Assembly (NCBI GenBank): GCA_003344405.1
Contig: NOWV01000014.1
Coordinates: 62,001-126,000 of the forward strand
Length of the DNA stretch: 64,000 nucleotides
Reading direction: 5' to 3'
DNA from: Trichoplax sp. H2
Taxonomy: Eukaryota
Part shown: piece by piece, positions 29,283-42,900 of the stretch
Position numbering within the stretch: the stretch's first letter is position 1
Layout: each line of letters begins with the position of its first letter
Program-made: the position numbers and the translations under genes
The notes under the pieces: model-generated
What the model saw: the letters and a program-made list of their open reading frames with translations, nothing else
Database searches by the model: none
What the model was told of the DNA's origin: nothing

Positions 29283-29902
29283 TGTCACGGTACCTTTTTG
29301 TCGTGATGAGTTAGAAATGTTATGGTGTTTGTTATTGATGGAAATTGAAATGTTATGGTGTTTGTTATTGATGGAAATTGATGTGTTATGGTGTTTGTTA
29401 GTAAGGTGTTTTGATGATCAACTGTCCTTAGTTATTTTGTATGTATTCGAATAGGAGGATAGACTAGGGAAATATAAATATTGATGCTGTGCAACCTTTG
29501 CGTTAGAGAGTTGTTTATGCTGACACGATTTGTAGTCGTGTTGTAAGATTATTACTGGATAGGAGGTTATGGTTGTGTGATCTCCTACGTGAGATTAATG
29601 TAAATAGTAAATATCTTAGAAAGTATATAAAGACTATCTATGATGTAATGTGGACGAGGAGAAAGGCATAGAAAAGAATAAACTGTAGTGATAGTTATCT
29701 ATTCAAAGCCTAGACTTAGCTACTTGTGTAATCGAGTAATCTAGTGACGGTCAAAGAAGTGTAGTCCCACACCCGAGAAGTTAGTGTTCTAATAGGAAGC
29801 GTAGTTCCAGCAGCACTTGTTCAGTGTCGGGATTGTACCGTACTTAGCTAAGTTTTACACGATAAGTAGAGATCCTGTGTCACAGAAAACGTGGTTGTGA
29901 CA
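29283..29902. mobile_element. Solo LTR of an LTR retrotransposon (620 bp)
   Basis: Starts TGTCAC and ends GTGACA (TG...CA, 6-bp inverted termini). Perfect 5-bp direct repeat ACCTG at 29278-29282 and 29903-29907. Internal ~33-bp tandem repeat, a TATA-like run near 29623 and AATAAA near 29677. Confidence 0.85.
29313..29400 (+). repeat. ~33-bp minisatellite (about 2.7 copies) inside the solo LTR
   Basis: gaaatgttatggtgtttgttattgatggaaatt repeated twice, then a partial third copy. Confidence 0.92.
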
Positions 29903-31492
29903 ACCTGTCATTCCTTTTTAGTTACAGATCTAGTCAAAGATTAGCCTAGCAATAGCTATTGATGAATATCATGAGATCTTAATGCTATGAGATACTTCGA
30001 TTATGATTCTTGGGCTAAATTTTAGCCCGCCATGTTCAATTTGTAATACAAATATCTGAAGCAAAGATGAACTTATAATATGAGAGCTATCTATAAATAC
30101 TTGAAAGTACAGGATTAAATTTACTTAATTGCAGATTTGCATAGCATAATATATACATTGAGAATCGATCTAAATTTTCGTAACTTTTATCAGATAAGAA
30201 AATTCTCTATTAGCTACTAATGAAATATTATGTTCGCTATATTAAAGGTTATGCAACATATTATAGCAAAAAATTTCCATTACTAGAAAGATAAAATGAT
30301 CTACTAATATTTATCTATAATGAAAGAGAGCTTCTGTTCTGTGACTAACTGGTGATGAAAGTTGTGCAGGATATTCGTAATAGGTACTTAAATTGTCTAG
30401 AGGAATATTATATCGATCTTGCCAATAGACAGAGCATTGTAAAATTCAAAATTTTAGGTCGATAGACGGTGAATAGTTTAAGGAAGGTCTTTGAAAATTA
30501 ATTAAACCGAGATTTATATAATAAATAAAAGATATGGAAGATCGTTGATATCATATGCACAATAGACATAATTAAATTCCTATTACAATATTTTTATCAT
30601 TTTTAGTTATAGATTGCAGAATAAATACTTGCTGTAAAGTTAGCTATGGTCTATGGATGACTTTATCAGCTCCGTTTTACAGCTATGGAATACATTTTCT
30701 GATAGCATTATAATTTAACATGACCAAAATCTATCAGTCGATGAGTAAATTTACTACAATTGAAGAAATACTCGTTTAATTGTTTTTATCATGGCCAAAA
30801 GGCAAATTTAATAAGGGTGAAATTTAGCAATATTACATTTTTTTCATCGAATCAGAATGAAAACTTGCTATGGCCAGCAATGAATTCCAAATAAAAAAAT
30901 ACGCGTGGTAATAATTTATTAAAATTCTTTTAAGCAAGCAAAAAATATGAATCAATAATTGCTCAAGGTGTTTTGCAAAGAAACTGCAAAGATAAATATG
31001 AACGATACCATTGGCGACAGAAAGTCATTTTCAATGAAATTAGTGTGGCTATACAGTTAAGATATGATGATTGACAATATAATTGCCAATTTATGAGTTT
31101 ATAAAATACTGGACGTTTCATTCTCTCCAAAGAGCTAGCAATCCATTACATTACGAAAGCTTTCAAACCCAATTACAGTCAGAAAAAAGACAAATATTGA
31201 GATTGACAATTCCATCATAATATATACAGAAGTATTCGCGTAGATTCATTATGACTCATGCTTCGGTAGTAGTGCTGATTGTTGTAAGATACGGATATGA
31301 TTGGATTATATCACCATTCCAGTTAATGCATAATCTCATGCTGAGTGCAATAGGTCACAGATTAATTAGCATTGATTACAAGTATTATAGTGCAAGAAGA
31401 AAATTGGTCTATACTCCATGATTAAAATTTACACATTATTATGACAGTATTACAATCACTTTTATATAGCAAGTATAAGGAGTGATTGTTAT

Positions 31493-32341
31493 ACAAAAAG
31501 AACAAAGTTTTTAATATCGAAATACTCAACTCACTTATCGGTTTACTACTTTACCATATAATAAGGTATAATTACTTACATCTAATTTCTTATAATCAAC
31601 TTATAGACTAATCTGGAAGATTCTAATGCCCTCTAATTAATATAATATTGATTATTATGGGTTTAAATAATGCTGGACTATATCACGTTGTTTGCTAACA
31701 TGAGCATATATTCTTGCTGCTAAGATAGGAAGTGAAGGGTTACTTATTCTAAATCAATAATCAAGTTACCGATAGAAACTTGAAATTCCAACTTATTATT
31801 TTAGAAGATAATAATTACGTTAGANNNNNNNNNNNNNNNNNNNNACAAAAAGAACAAAGTTTTTAATATCGAAATACTCAACTCACTTATCGGTTTACTA
31901 CTTTACCATATAATAAGGTATAATTACTTACATCTAATTTCTTATAATCAACTTATAGACTAATCTGGAAGATTCTAATGCCCTCTAATTAATATAATAT
32001 TGATTATTATTGCGTAAATATATATAGAAAATTTCAGAGTCGAAACGATATATATATTTCTTTGCGCTCGCGCGGCGTATATATCCGATTTTTAGTGTTT
32101 CATTTTTTATTTCCTTTTATTATCTTTTTGTTATTATTTTTCGCGTGGGTCCAGGTCTTCTCTATCTATTATTATGGGTTTAAATAATGCTGGACTATAT
32201 CACGTTGCTTGCTAACATGAGCATATATTCTTGCTGGTAAGATAGGAAGTGAAGGGTTACTTATTCTAAATCAATAATCAAGTTACCGATAGAAATTTGA
32301 AATTCCAACTTATTATTTTAGAAGATAATAATTACGTTAGA
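31493..32341. repeat. Gap-flanking duplication (31493-31824 vs 31845-32341); probable unmerged alleles
   Basis: Near-identical sequence on both sides of the 20-N gap at 31825-31844; the right copy carries an extra 157 bp plus an 8-bp duplication. Confidence 0.9.
32011..32167. mobile_element. 157-bp presence/absence insertion with 8-bp TSD (ATTATTAT)
   Basis: Empty site tattg-attattat-gggttt at ~31646-31664. Filled site has attattat at 32003-32010 and 32168-32175 around the insert. Confidence 0.8.
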
Positions 32342-35148
32342 AAAGAGTAATTTTAGACAATGTTGTACTAGTTAGCAATTTGTACAGAAAGTGATAGCGA
32401 GAAAATTAATTTAAGCAGTACTGTGATTCTAAAATTGCGCACTTCTTTACACATGACAAGCGATGGTCTCATTGTTTTTGATCTTATGTAATCAAAATTC
32501 AAACCATCTATAAAGCATTAATATACTCTTTATTAAGAGATATCAACCGAAATATGATAAAGTAAAGGCTAAAATTCCTTCTGCAAAGCAATTTACAATA
32601 CCTTGACTTATTAACTATATTTTTATTAAATATCATTAATAAATTAATGTAGGAATTATTTTCCCCAATTCCAAGTAGATTAAAATCACTAGTAAATTTC
32701 CTGCTGTGAATTTTTGAATAGTACAGTAAGCGACAGTTATTTACTCGGTTCTCTTATTATGAATCCTTGTAATGATAGGTAAAGATAAAAATTAAAGTGA
32801 AACTACTTTTAAATAAATCCATAAGTTTATTTTTAATAACGGATGATAATAGATTTATTCTAGTTTCTCCTGATTTCTTTAGGAATGAATTTGACAATCA
32901 TAATATATATTTTCAGAGAGCAACAGTGATTTCTACAGGATAAGAATAAAGCAAGACCACATAACGGTGAATCAATCGCTTTCGAATTGGCATAGATTAT
33001 AAAAATGACTACTTTGTTGTTTCCTGAAATCAATTAATATCATTGAATAAAAAAAGTAAAGCTAAATCACGCATCATGATGAAAGCTACTCTAATTTGAG
33101 AATTTGCTTATACTATTTGGTAGAATAGTATATATTGCATGATGATGGCTAAATTGTATCATGACCCGTAACTAAACTTATAAATTTGCACCCGATAACC
33201 GAAGATTATTTGATTTAAGTTCCGTTCAGTGTTTTATTAGCTGCATTTTGAAAACTCTAACTTGGCTTAATTTAATGATAGCTTATAAAATAAATGCCAA
33301 GTACAAAATCAAAACAATAGCGTCCGTTGCGGACTTCAATCAATGTCACGTTAGCTATTTTATTAGTTCAAGATATCTAATTAACAGAAGTATCGAATTC
33401 GTTCATTAGGCCAATAAATCATCCATTGATAAGCAAAAATATCTAATCATAATATTAGCAACAATAAAGGATAAACAGTTAATTAATTTTAATTCTAAAT
33501 TCTGAAGAGCAGCTGGCATATTTTATGTTAGTAATTTATAAATTAATGGTGTCTAGTATGTTATTACTTCTTCGTAGATGGTAAAATAGTTGAATTTATA
33601 ATCTGGACTTAAAACCTGCTTATTTCCAAAAATGAATCTATAATTTGGATAATCTATAGTACAGCAGATACCTATTACTATTTAAGTGATGGAAATAATT
33701 CTGTCTTTACCGGTTAATAATAAAACAATTGAGTATCAAGTAAATTGATCGAGCGTGTCCGTGTCACCAACCAGCTTCGTGACAAGGATAACGTAAAATA
33801 AATCTCTAAATTATTATAATCTCCGGGATTCAGTATCCCTTAACTACCTCACAAGAATTTAGACGCCTTTGATTCTACGTTAAACTCAACTAGACAATTG
33901 AGAACTACTTTATTCAACTATCTGACGGGCTTATATACCCTTCTACAGTAGCTAACATTCATGAGTCATCTTATAAAAATACTTAGATGAGAACATCTAC
34001 TAACTAATTTTTCACCGTCGGACTACAACATGTCCATTCACAGAATCATCTCAGTGCACATTACAGCATAGCATTAAATTTACTGTAACACATTTATAAA
34101 TTAGAGTAATTCCTATTATAAGTAACTAGCTGTAATATATTATCACTATATTATATTCACCAAACTTGAATAGCTATTTCTTCACGGTAGTTCGTACGTA
34201 ATAATCCGTTAACAATCATACAATTTATTTTATATCTATAATGCTTCTTTCATCAATGCGTGAAATCAATTAGTAATGGCGCAGATATGCGTATGTTGTT
34301 ATATCATAATATTAAAATGTCGGTCATGCTGAAAGAAATTATCGGCTGGAATTTATAGGCTCGGAAGTTCGCTTAGCGACTATCGTATTTCTCTAAGTAA
34401 TACCGGTACTTCCTTTTCTAATAGTAAATACAAAAATGCAATCACTGCGGTGGTTAACAATACTACAATTGAAATGATGGTATACTAAAAAATTTATCAT
34501 CAACTGGGTGGTTAGATAGGTCGTCACGATTCTTAGTGTGACGACAACAAACTCATAATGAGTAATTGAAGAATTAAATAGTTAGGTGGTGTTGAATGGA
34601 GCTGTAATAGTAACGTCAAAGTAAAATCGTACGCATTGATGAGAAAGCATTTGTAGAATAGAAGGTAGAGCTAGTATCAATAATATCAGCACAAAAACAA
34701 GCATTAGAAGAGTAATTGTAATCAGCAACCAGCTTAGTGATGAATTTGCTAGATCAACGGAGGAAAAGTAAAATTGCTTCACTGCATCTCCTTATATCTT
34801 AATATTTGTCGTGATACTTTAATATAATACTTTTTTCTTTGATTTGCGAAAAGTAATACATCAGCTAATTATTGTAAAATAAATTAAAAAATTAAAAATG
34901 ATTGCAATAATTGAATAACGTTATCTTTTTGAAATGCGGCATTGGCAGCTGTTTTATTCTCTCTGAGCATAGTTTCCTCCTTCTTAAGCCTTTAAATTAA
35001 TTAGAAGTAATTCCTATAACTTAAATTAAGACTGATTGCAATACCGGTAGGGGATAACGATTGAGATTTTTTCTTTAATTTTATGCGATTCAATAAGAAA
35101 CTCTGATAATAAAAAAATATATTTAATCATATAATATATATCGACAAT

Positions 35149-35368
35149 CATACTTTCGTCAAAGCCTTAGTACGAACAACAACATTACGCTCTTCCTATC
35201 AAAGCTATTTCCGAAATAGTTGATATAGCTTTTATTGATACATTTATTTTTAATCTATATAATCGTATAATCATACCCTTTGACAAAGCACCAATGGGAA
35301 AGGCAACATTGTACTCCTTTCAAAGCTATCATCTATTTCCGAAATAATTGACATTGTTTCTATCGATA
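35149..35368. repeat. Highly diverged two-copy tandem duplication, period ~123 bp
   Basis: catac..caaagc..caacatt..tcaaagctat..ttccgaaa..ttga blocks repeated in order. Confidence 0.65.
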
Positions 35369-38300
35369 GAAGCTGCCTTTATTTTTTCGTTCTAAAGACA
35401 CTAAGTTGTCAAATTGTCCCGCATAAATTATATTTTAATCGGAAGAAAGAATTACTATAGTTAGTCGATAGACATGAGGCAATTTTAACGGATAATCAAC
35501 ACCACATGGTAGTTATTTGTAGAACATTGTTCCTGATTTTGCAAAGATAATAAATAGCCAGAAGGCACGTAGCTATACCGGATCTATTCAATTGAGGGTT
35601 CACAATACTCGTAAAGGTTTCGAAATCAGGAGATAGCTGAAGAAAGCGAAAATAACCAAATTATAATAGTTCCAACGGCTACTATTTATGACAAAGATAC
35701 TGTAATTTCATTTCTTCCTTCAACCTTATATTGATATTAATGTTAATTATACGTTCAAAACAGGTTAAAATAAGTATAAAAATTGTATTAGGAGATTAAA
35801 CTAAGGTAACCTCCACCCGAATTTTAAACATGCGATAGTAATTGTCGGTCTATAACCAAATTATCCAATATTGTTTATTGGAAGCTGAAAAATTAGCATT
35901 CCTGCGAGGAAGAGGGTCGATAATTAAAGCAACATTCCTCACCTTAGTTATAATAACTATAAAATATAAGTATTCTATATTTACATAGCACTAGAATTGA
36001 TCGACTTTGTTTACTAACTTATTATTCTAGCTTCAAATGTTATTTATTCCCTTACTGTCCTAAGGGAAGTAAATACGATTATGAGTTTAATTATATTTAT
36101 GGTATAGATGATGGTATAAAGTCGAATTATGAATACCCATTAAACATTCTTTACAATCTGAGAATGCAATATAAAGAAAACAGGGAGTTCATTGCTGATT
36201 ATTCAATCAATATCCTGATAGACAGTTCTACAATACAATACCTGTCGATTTTGAAAATCGTTTTAAGACATTCACAGTTTCGTAAAAAATTAATTGGACG
36301 GTAAAGAGAATGAGAGGGACAGAACACGAAGATGCTTCTTTTAAGACAAAGTAACCGTCATTTCATTATATCAATTTTGGTCATTAGCCATATGCTGTCA
36401 AGTTTAAGTGAAAATTACGCAAGAAATTTATTTATCGAACCCTTTCCAAGTAATAAAAGCAAATAAATGCATCTATATTCGCAACGGTTATCCTTTCATC
36501 AATGTTAAAATAATTTAGAGATAACGACAATAAAATTTATATTATGGCTGACATGATATTGAATTGCCAGCGATGACATAAAAGTGATTAAATTCTGAAC
36601 TGTCGAGTTCATACACCACACACGTACAGCAGGGTCAATGTCATAAATTTACATTATTAAAATAATTCCACTAAAAATTAAGCTAAAATTGATTCTAAAT
36701 TAGGTGTTGCATTATTTATTTTACCTAAATAGAAAAGTCTTCGTCAAGAAATAATTAGATAGATACAAAAATTTATCACTTTCTGATATGTAGTAGGAGC
36801 GGTATTTAATTAAAATTTATCGAGTCCAGATACAATCCAATGATTAGAAACAACTTTCAAATATGGCTAGCTAGCATCACTCTTATTTTCATTGGAATAT
36901 TATAAGATGCATATTGTAGGCCAATACAATCACAAGAATAATAAATTTAAATAAGTTTAGTAATTAATTTAAAATTCAATCTGCCTAACCTTGAATTTAT
37001 AAATCATATCCCGTTTTAACTGTAGCATAACTTCTATAGCTCTATTAGTATGTAATGAATGATATAACCTTTAATAGAACTTGAAAACTGTTAATTTTCA
37101 GCTTAAACATGTAACTAATAACAATATTAGTGTTTTTACTGTTGTTTCATTGACAAGGCGACATGTAATTATAAAAATGCAAAGTCTTAAAATTGAATAG
37201 TCGTTAAAAATACGATAAAATGGGCTATTTGACGAGGTGAGATGCTTACATGTTGGTAAATTTTTGCAAATTGGCAATAAAGGGTCCCTTCACAGCTGGA
37301 TCCTTAAGTATTCCGCTGTTATTCCATTATATGATGTACTTAAATAAAATCTAGAACTTGGAAACGTAAAGCAAAGCAATTATCATTGATTATAAGACCT
37401 CAAGTTAGAAACATATATAAAATTACCATTTGCAAAACTGCCTTTTAATATCAGATAATTTTTATTCGATTTAGCTTCGACATCAATATCACGAGAATAT
37501 AGCAGGTAGTCAAGAAAAACTGATCATTATTCTTCAATTGCAAAGATTTGAATACGATTATCCAAAGTCTCTTATTTAGGCTCAATCTCATGAAATTAAA
37601 GTTAGATCAATGAGAGATTGTAATGAAATAATGATTGACATAAATTTATATATTAAATTACAAATCTTAATCCAATAACGGTCTAAAATGCTGAGATTCC
37701 ATCTCAGCATCACCTCTTAATTTCGCACTCAATGCCTGTATATTCACTTAACACTTAACGTAGGCTCCATATAAATAGAAACCTACGAAATAGGATATAG
37801 TAATATATGTGGACCTTAATTCATATTCTACTTAGTTGCAAGTATAAATATATTGTAGTACGCCATAGATATAGCATAATATTCCATGTCATCCAGTGTT
37901 CCTCTGTACACCGATATTATATTGCATAGAATCAATGTATATAATTACTGAGATTAGCTGAAATCATAACATCGTTATTCGTATATGCAAAGCAATGTTG
38001 TTGTTATAATGAAATGCATATATTGATAAACCTCACGTACAGATTCTAGAAAATAAATAATAGTATTACCTTTCTCTAAGTTATCTTAACGATTAAGACA
38101 AAAAGTACTATAATATCGTTTATCTCACCACTTCTAAAACTAGATTCGATGAGAAGGGACATATCAGAACGTATGAATTTGCTATAGTTGATTTATCTGA
38201 AGATAAATCATAAGGGAGATCAGCTCATATTAATATATGAAACTCAGAACATTCTTTACTACGATGATAACTGTATAGTCTTAGCGGCTATTAAAAAATT

Positions 38301-38841
38301 ACATAGGCAGAACTAATTGCAGATATACTTGCAAATCTATCTTTATCCAAAAGTGTAAAAGAAGTCATATTTAAAAAATGGGATACAAAGTTTTCAAATC
38401 ATCACAGATCTTGCAATTCAATTCAATGTCAGTAGATTCCTCTAGGAAGATATAAACGTGAGAAAATACCAATTTGCTTTCAATGAATAATCTAGCGAGA
38501 AAGTTGCGTTTACAAGGGAATGTAAAAAGTGGATCAATCGCAAACGGATTGTATTTCAGGTAAATTCAGAAATTGGATTTCAAATTTATTACTATAAAGC
38601 ACCTTATACATGGCAAGACAAATATAGAAATCGCTTCATTGATCTCAAGTTATCGCTTTTGTTAGCTCTAGAGAATTTTTTAAAATTTCAACTTTAAAAA
38701 ATTCTGTCGCGATATATTACCGCAATTTTTATCTCCTTCTATGGTGCCGGTGCATTATATTCAGAATGTGTAGGAGAGAGAAGGTTAAGTAAGTCAATTA
38801 ATTTCTTTTGACTTTATTATTTTTAGCATGAAAAATAGAGC

Positions 38842-39953
38842 AATTATAATTATAGCACACCCTCCTCTTTTTTAGCAGCTGCATGCACATAGTGTTTTTG
38901 TTAAAAGAAGACTGAAAGACAGAGTTCAGGAATTTGCAAAGTCTTTGCCATAGCTATTCATAACCAGAAATATTAGAAATACTTCGCAAAGTTACAATTA
39001 CTGAAGTTTTTATAGGTATAAGAGAGCTACCCGGAACATTTTATTTCTCTTAAATTTATTACATTAAACAAGAGAAACATCAAGAATAAAATAGTACTGT
39101 TTCTTCTTCCTTAGTAACTGCAAGCATGTAGCAATTAAGTTAAAACAGTAAAAAAGATAGAACGTAGGAATGTATAGATTCCTTTGCAATAGCAGTTCAA
39201 ATTATTAACAACTCTATTATATCAGAGCCAAAACAGCATGCGTAGGAATGAGAGAAATAGATACAAATTAAAGGTCTAAGGATAACAAATAAGTAAAACG
39301 AAAGAGTTGCTAGGACAAGAAAAATTGTTTGCATTTTCAATAATATTAACCAATATACTAGCTTATACAAGGTTAATTATCTAATTACTTCATTCACTAT
39401 TACATACGCTATTAAACAATATCAAAGCCGCATAGTCTGTATTTAGTTATATTGTCAAAGCCTAACAAGAATCAATGAAATNNNNNNNNNNNNNNNNNNN
39501 NAATTATAATTATAGCACACCCTCCTCTTTTTTAGCAGCTGCATGCACATAGTGTTTTTGTTAAAAGAAGACTGAAAGACAGAGTTCAGGAATTTGCAAA
39601 GTCTTTGCCATAGCTATTCATAACCAGAAATATTAGAATTACTTCGCAAAGTTACAATTACTGAAGTTTTTATAGGTATACAACCCCATTACATCAGAGC
39701 CAAAACAGCATGCGTAGGAGTGAGAGAAATAGAAACGAATTAAAGGTCTAAGGATAACAAATAAGTAAAACGGAAGAGTTGCTAGGACAAGAAAAATTGT
39801 TTGCATTTTGAATAATATTAACCAATATACTTGCTTATACAAGGTTAATTATCTAATTACTTCATTCACTATTACATACGCTATTAAACAATATCAAAGC
39901 CGCATAGTCTGTATTTAGTTATATTGTCAAAGCCTAACAAGAATCAATGAAAT
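38842..39953. repeat. Gap-flanking duplication (38842-39481 vs 39502-39953); probable unmerged alleles
   Basis: Same sequence either side of the 20-N gap at 39482-39501, with several SNPs; the left copy has ~188 extra bp (~39021-39208). Confidence 0.9.
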
Positions 39954-42900
39954 ACTTTTTTCTTGAGTGCTGCCGCTTAGGGAATCGAGTAATTTATTAA
40001 TTTAAGAGGCGAAATCAAATCAGCATTATTTCTTATCGTTAATTTTCTTGTGAAAGTTGTTGCTTAGATAAATTTACGCATCATTTTAGTATTTACGAAC
40101 TTACTACTGTAACGTATTATCAATACTCCTGAGCTCAGTAAGTAACAATTGATTGATTTAATTATTCGTTGATATTATATCGATAATGAAAAATTCAGTA
40201 GAATTAGCAACTAGACTGACGATTTATATCATTATTTCATTACAAAGAAATTTGCAAGATTACTATAAATGATGCAAAAATCTATGATCGAGCAGTGCAA
40301 TTCCAGGAAATTAGCTCATTAAATCACTACCAATTTCATATTTAGAAATATGATGGTTACTAGATGAGTTCATTTATTTTCAGTTGCGGTTATTAATCTG
40401 TTTACTTAAAATGCAGGCGTATTCTCTGCTAATTATTCCTCGGAACGAACTTAATTTAACCTAAAGTAATGAGTCACCACCACAAAGCAAATTATAAGAA
40501 TTGTGCGGCAGACCGATTTTAATGTATTCATAAAGTCAACAAACGTCAAGATGTAAGTTAAAGCTAGCAATCTGCTATGAATAAGTGACCTTTAAATAAT
40601 CAATAGCGTGGTGAGGGAAAAACAATAGAAAAAATTTGTTTTACTCATTTTCATTTATATTACTTGCTTATCTGGAAATGGAATATGGTCGCAAATATTA
40701 TTTTACCTTATGTTGATTACTTGTCAGATGCTAAAGATTGCATAGAGTAAATTAGGAATATTGCTCAGTGGATTGACTCGAGCGTTAAAGAAAATAGTCA
40801 ATAAAACACAAGGAAATTATAATTATACAATTAACTGCAGACAGATTCTACTAGATCTTGCTTACAACAGTTATGCTATAATATGGCTGTTTTAACGCAA
40901 TATTTATTAATGTACTAATATCTAAATTATATTGCTATGATCTCGTTCCCGATCCTTAGCAAAAAAACTATAATATAACCATTTTAATACTTCTAAAACT
41001 TTTATTCTACATCAACAAATAACGACATCGAAAATACGAAAATATCATGAAAGATAAATTTTGCAGAAAAATTAACTAGACTGATTTAATTATGTATAAG
41101 TACATCATGAAAAATTTTGATTTAAATTAAAACTATTCAAACAATAAACAAGGAATATCTAGATTAAATATTCTTCCATATTCAGCTGTGCTAACTGATT
41201 AAAGTGCTTATCCGAAAGAAATTACTGGGAGTTGCATTGCATTACCATACCTGCTAATAATTATCTTTCTAAATTAACTTGTTCTAATGAGCCATTATTA
41301 CCTTAAACTGATAATTTAGCACTGTTATGCTATTAATATGAATAACTGTATATTTAATCCGTTAGTATTGTTCGCAAAAAATCTTCGTTTTAACAGAGGT
41401 ATACCTAAATTTGACCTGAATTGTAATATAATGACAAACATATAGGCGAATATATTTCATCTCAACGATGCTTGAAAATTTAATTACTTTTGAATAGTGG
41501 CAATATTAACGTTAATTAACATAGTTTAAGTAGCTTGACTCTTTAAGGATATTTAACCTAATTAATGTTTACAATGCAATAAATTAGTTAGTTAAAATAC
41601 ATCTCTATGGTTACTCATGTCAGCTCGAAAGTCAGCTGGAAAACAAGCTCTTTGCCTTGCTAATTCATTTACTTTCTGAGATCTAGTTTACTTCTACTTA
41701 TAATGAGACGGAATTCTAAGTTAATTTTTGAACTGTCAGATATTTTTCACTTTGCAGTCCTTGATTACCGGTATTGAACATTTTTGATTATTTATTAACC
41801 CATTAAACGAAGTAGTTTCGATAATGCTCGAAAATTTTATCACTTAAACTCTTCTGTTGCCGCAATAGAGTTATTTGCAGTGTGGTTTGCTGAGCGCTTG
41901 AACAGACCATAGTATTAATATTATATTTGATAAAATATTTCTTCATGTTACAATCTTGCCCGATCCAAATAAGGACATTATTTATACTCCTATTATTTTT
42001 CTGTAAGAAATTATTTGCTTTTAAATAAGATCTTATGTCAATTGAAATTCAGTAATTTCTCTAATAGTAAAGTCGTTATTGTAAAATTCTTTTTTCGTAA
42101 TCCTTATCATCCATCCCAAATAGCGGTAATTGTTATACATAAAAATATCTATGAATTCAACCAGGAAAATATTAAATTATTTCTGACAATAGTGCTATAA
42201 TTTTATCTATTTCCGGTTTTTCTTATAAAAGCCTTATGTTTGCATTACCTTATTTTCTGTTTATGAATGGCTTATTAGTACGGTCTTGAAATTATGATTA
42301 CACCACTGGCTACTAATAGGTTAGCTAAAGGGTAACAATCTCAATCAAAGGGCAGGAATACATGAGCAATTGAAAAAAGTTACCTGAAAAGATCAGATAC
42401 TGAACAAGTTTTATTGGGTTCTGAAATATCCTTATTAGGCTAGCTATAATTTCTTAACTTAAGTTCTAACGTTACTTTAACTATTAAAGATCCAATGGAA
42501 CAGAATCATACGAGTGCTATAGAAATCATATAAGTTCTAGATGTCTTTTTTAAATGATAGCCGCTACGAATTCTGTTTTATCTTTTTTTTATAATAGTTA
42601 TTGGCAATCATAGAGAATAATGGAATATTAGAGGTACGGGAAATTAATTTATCATATCTGAAGTAACATAACATGTAACCTAACACTCACCAATAACGTA
42701 GAAAGGTAATTAATATCAATAAGACATCTGGTTTAGCAGCTGCATACACACTCATTTATTTAATCATTTTGTCATTCAGTTATGAGAATGACTGCCAAAG
42801 TCTGCTATTGGATAAACATTCCTTGAAGACTAGCTGCTTAAATACGACATTTTGTTTTTAACTGCAAATTTATCAACTTGGAACGTACACGTGGATGTAA

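Noticed and set aside
34520-37710. Short perfect hairpins at 34520-34545 (8 bp) and 37688-37710 (10 bp)
   Set aside because: Isolated, no TSD or family context; a few such stems are plausible by chance in 64 kb.
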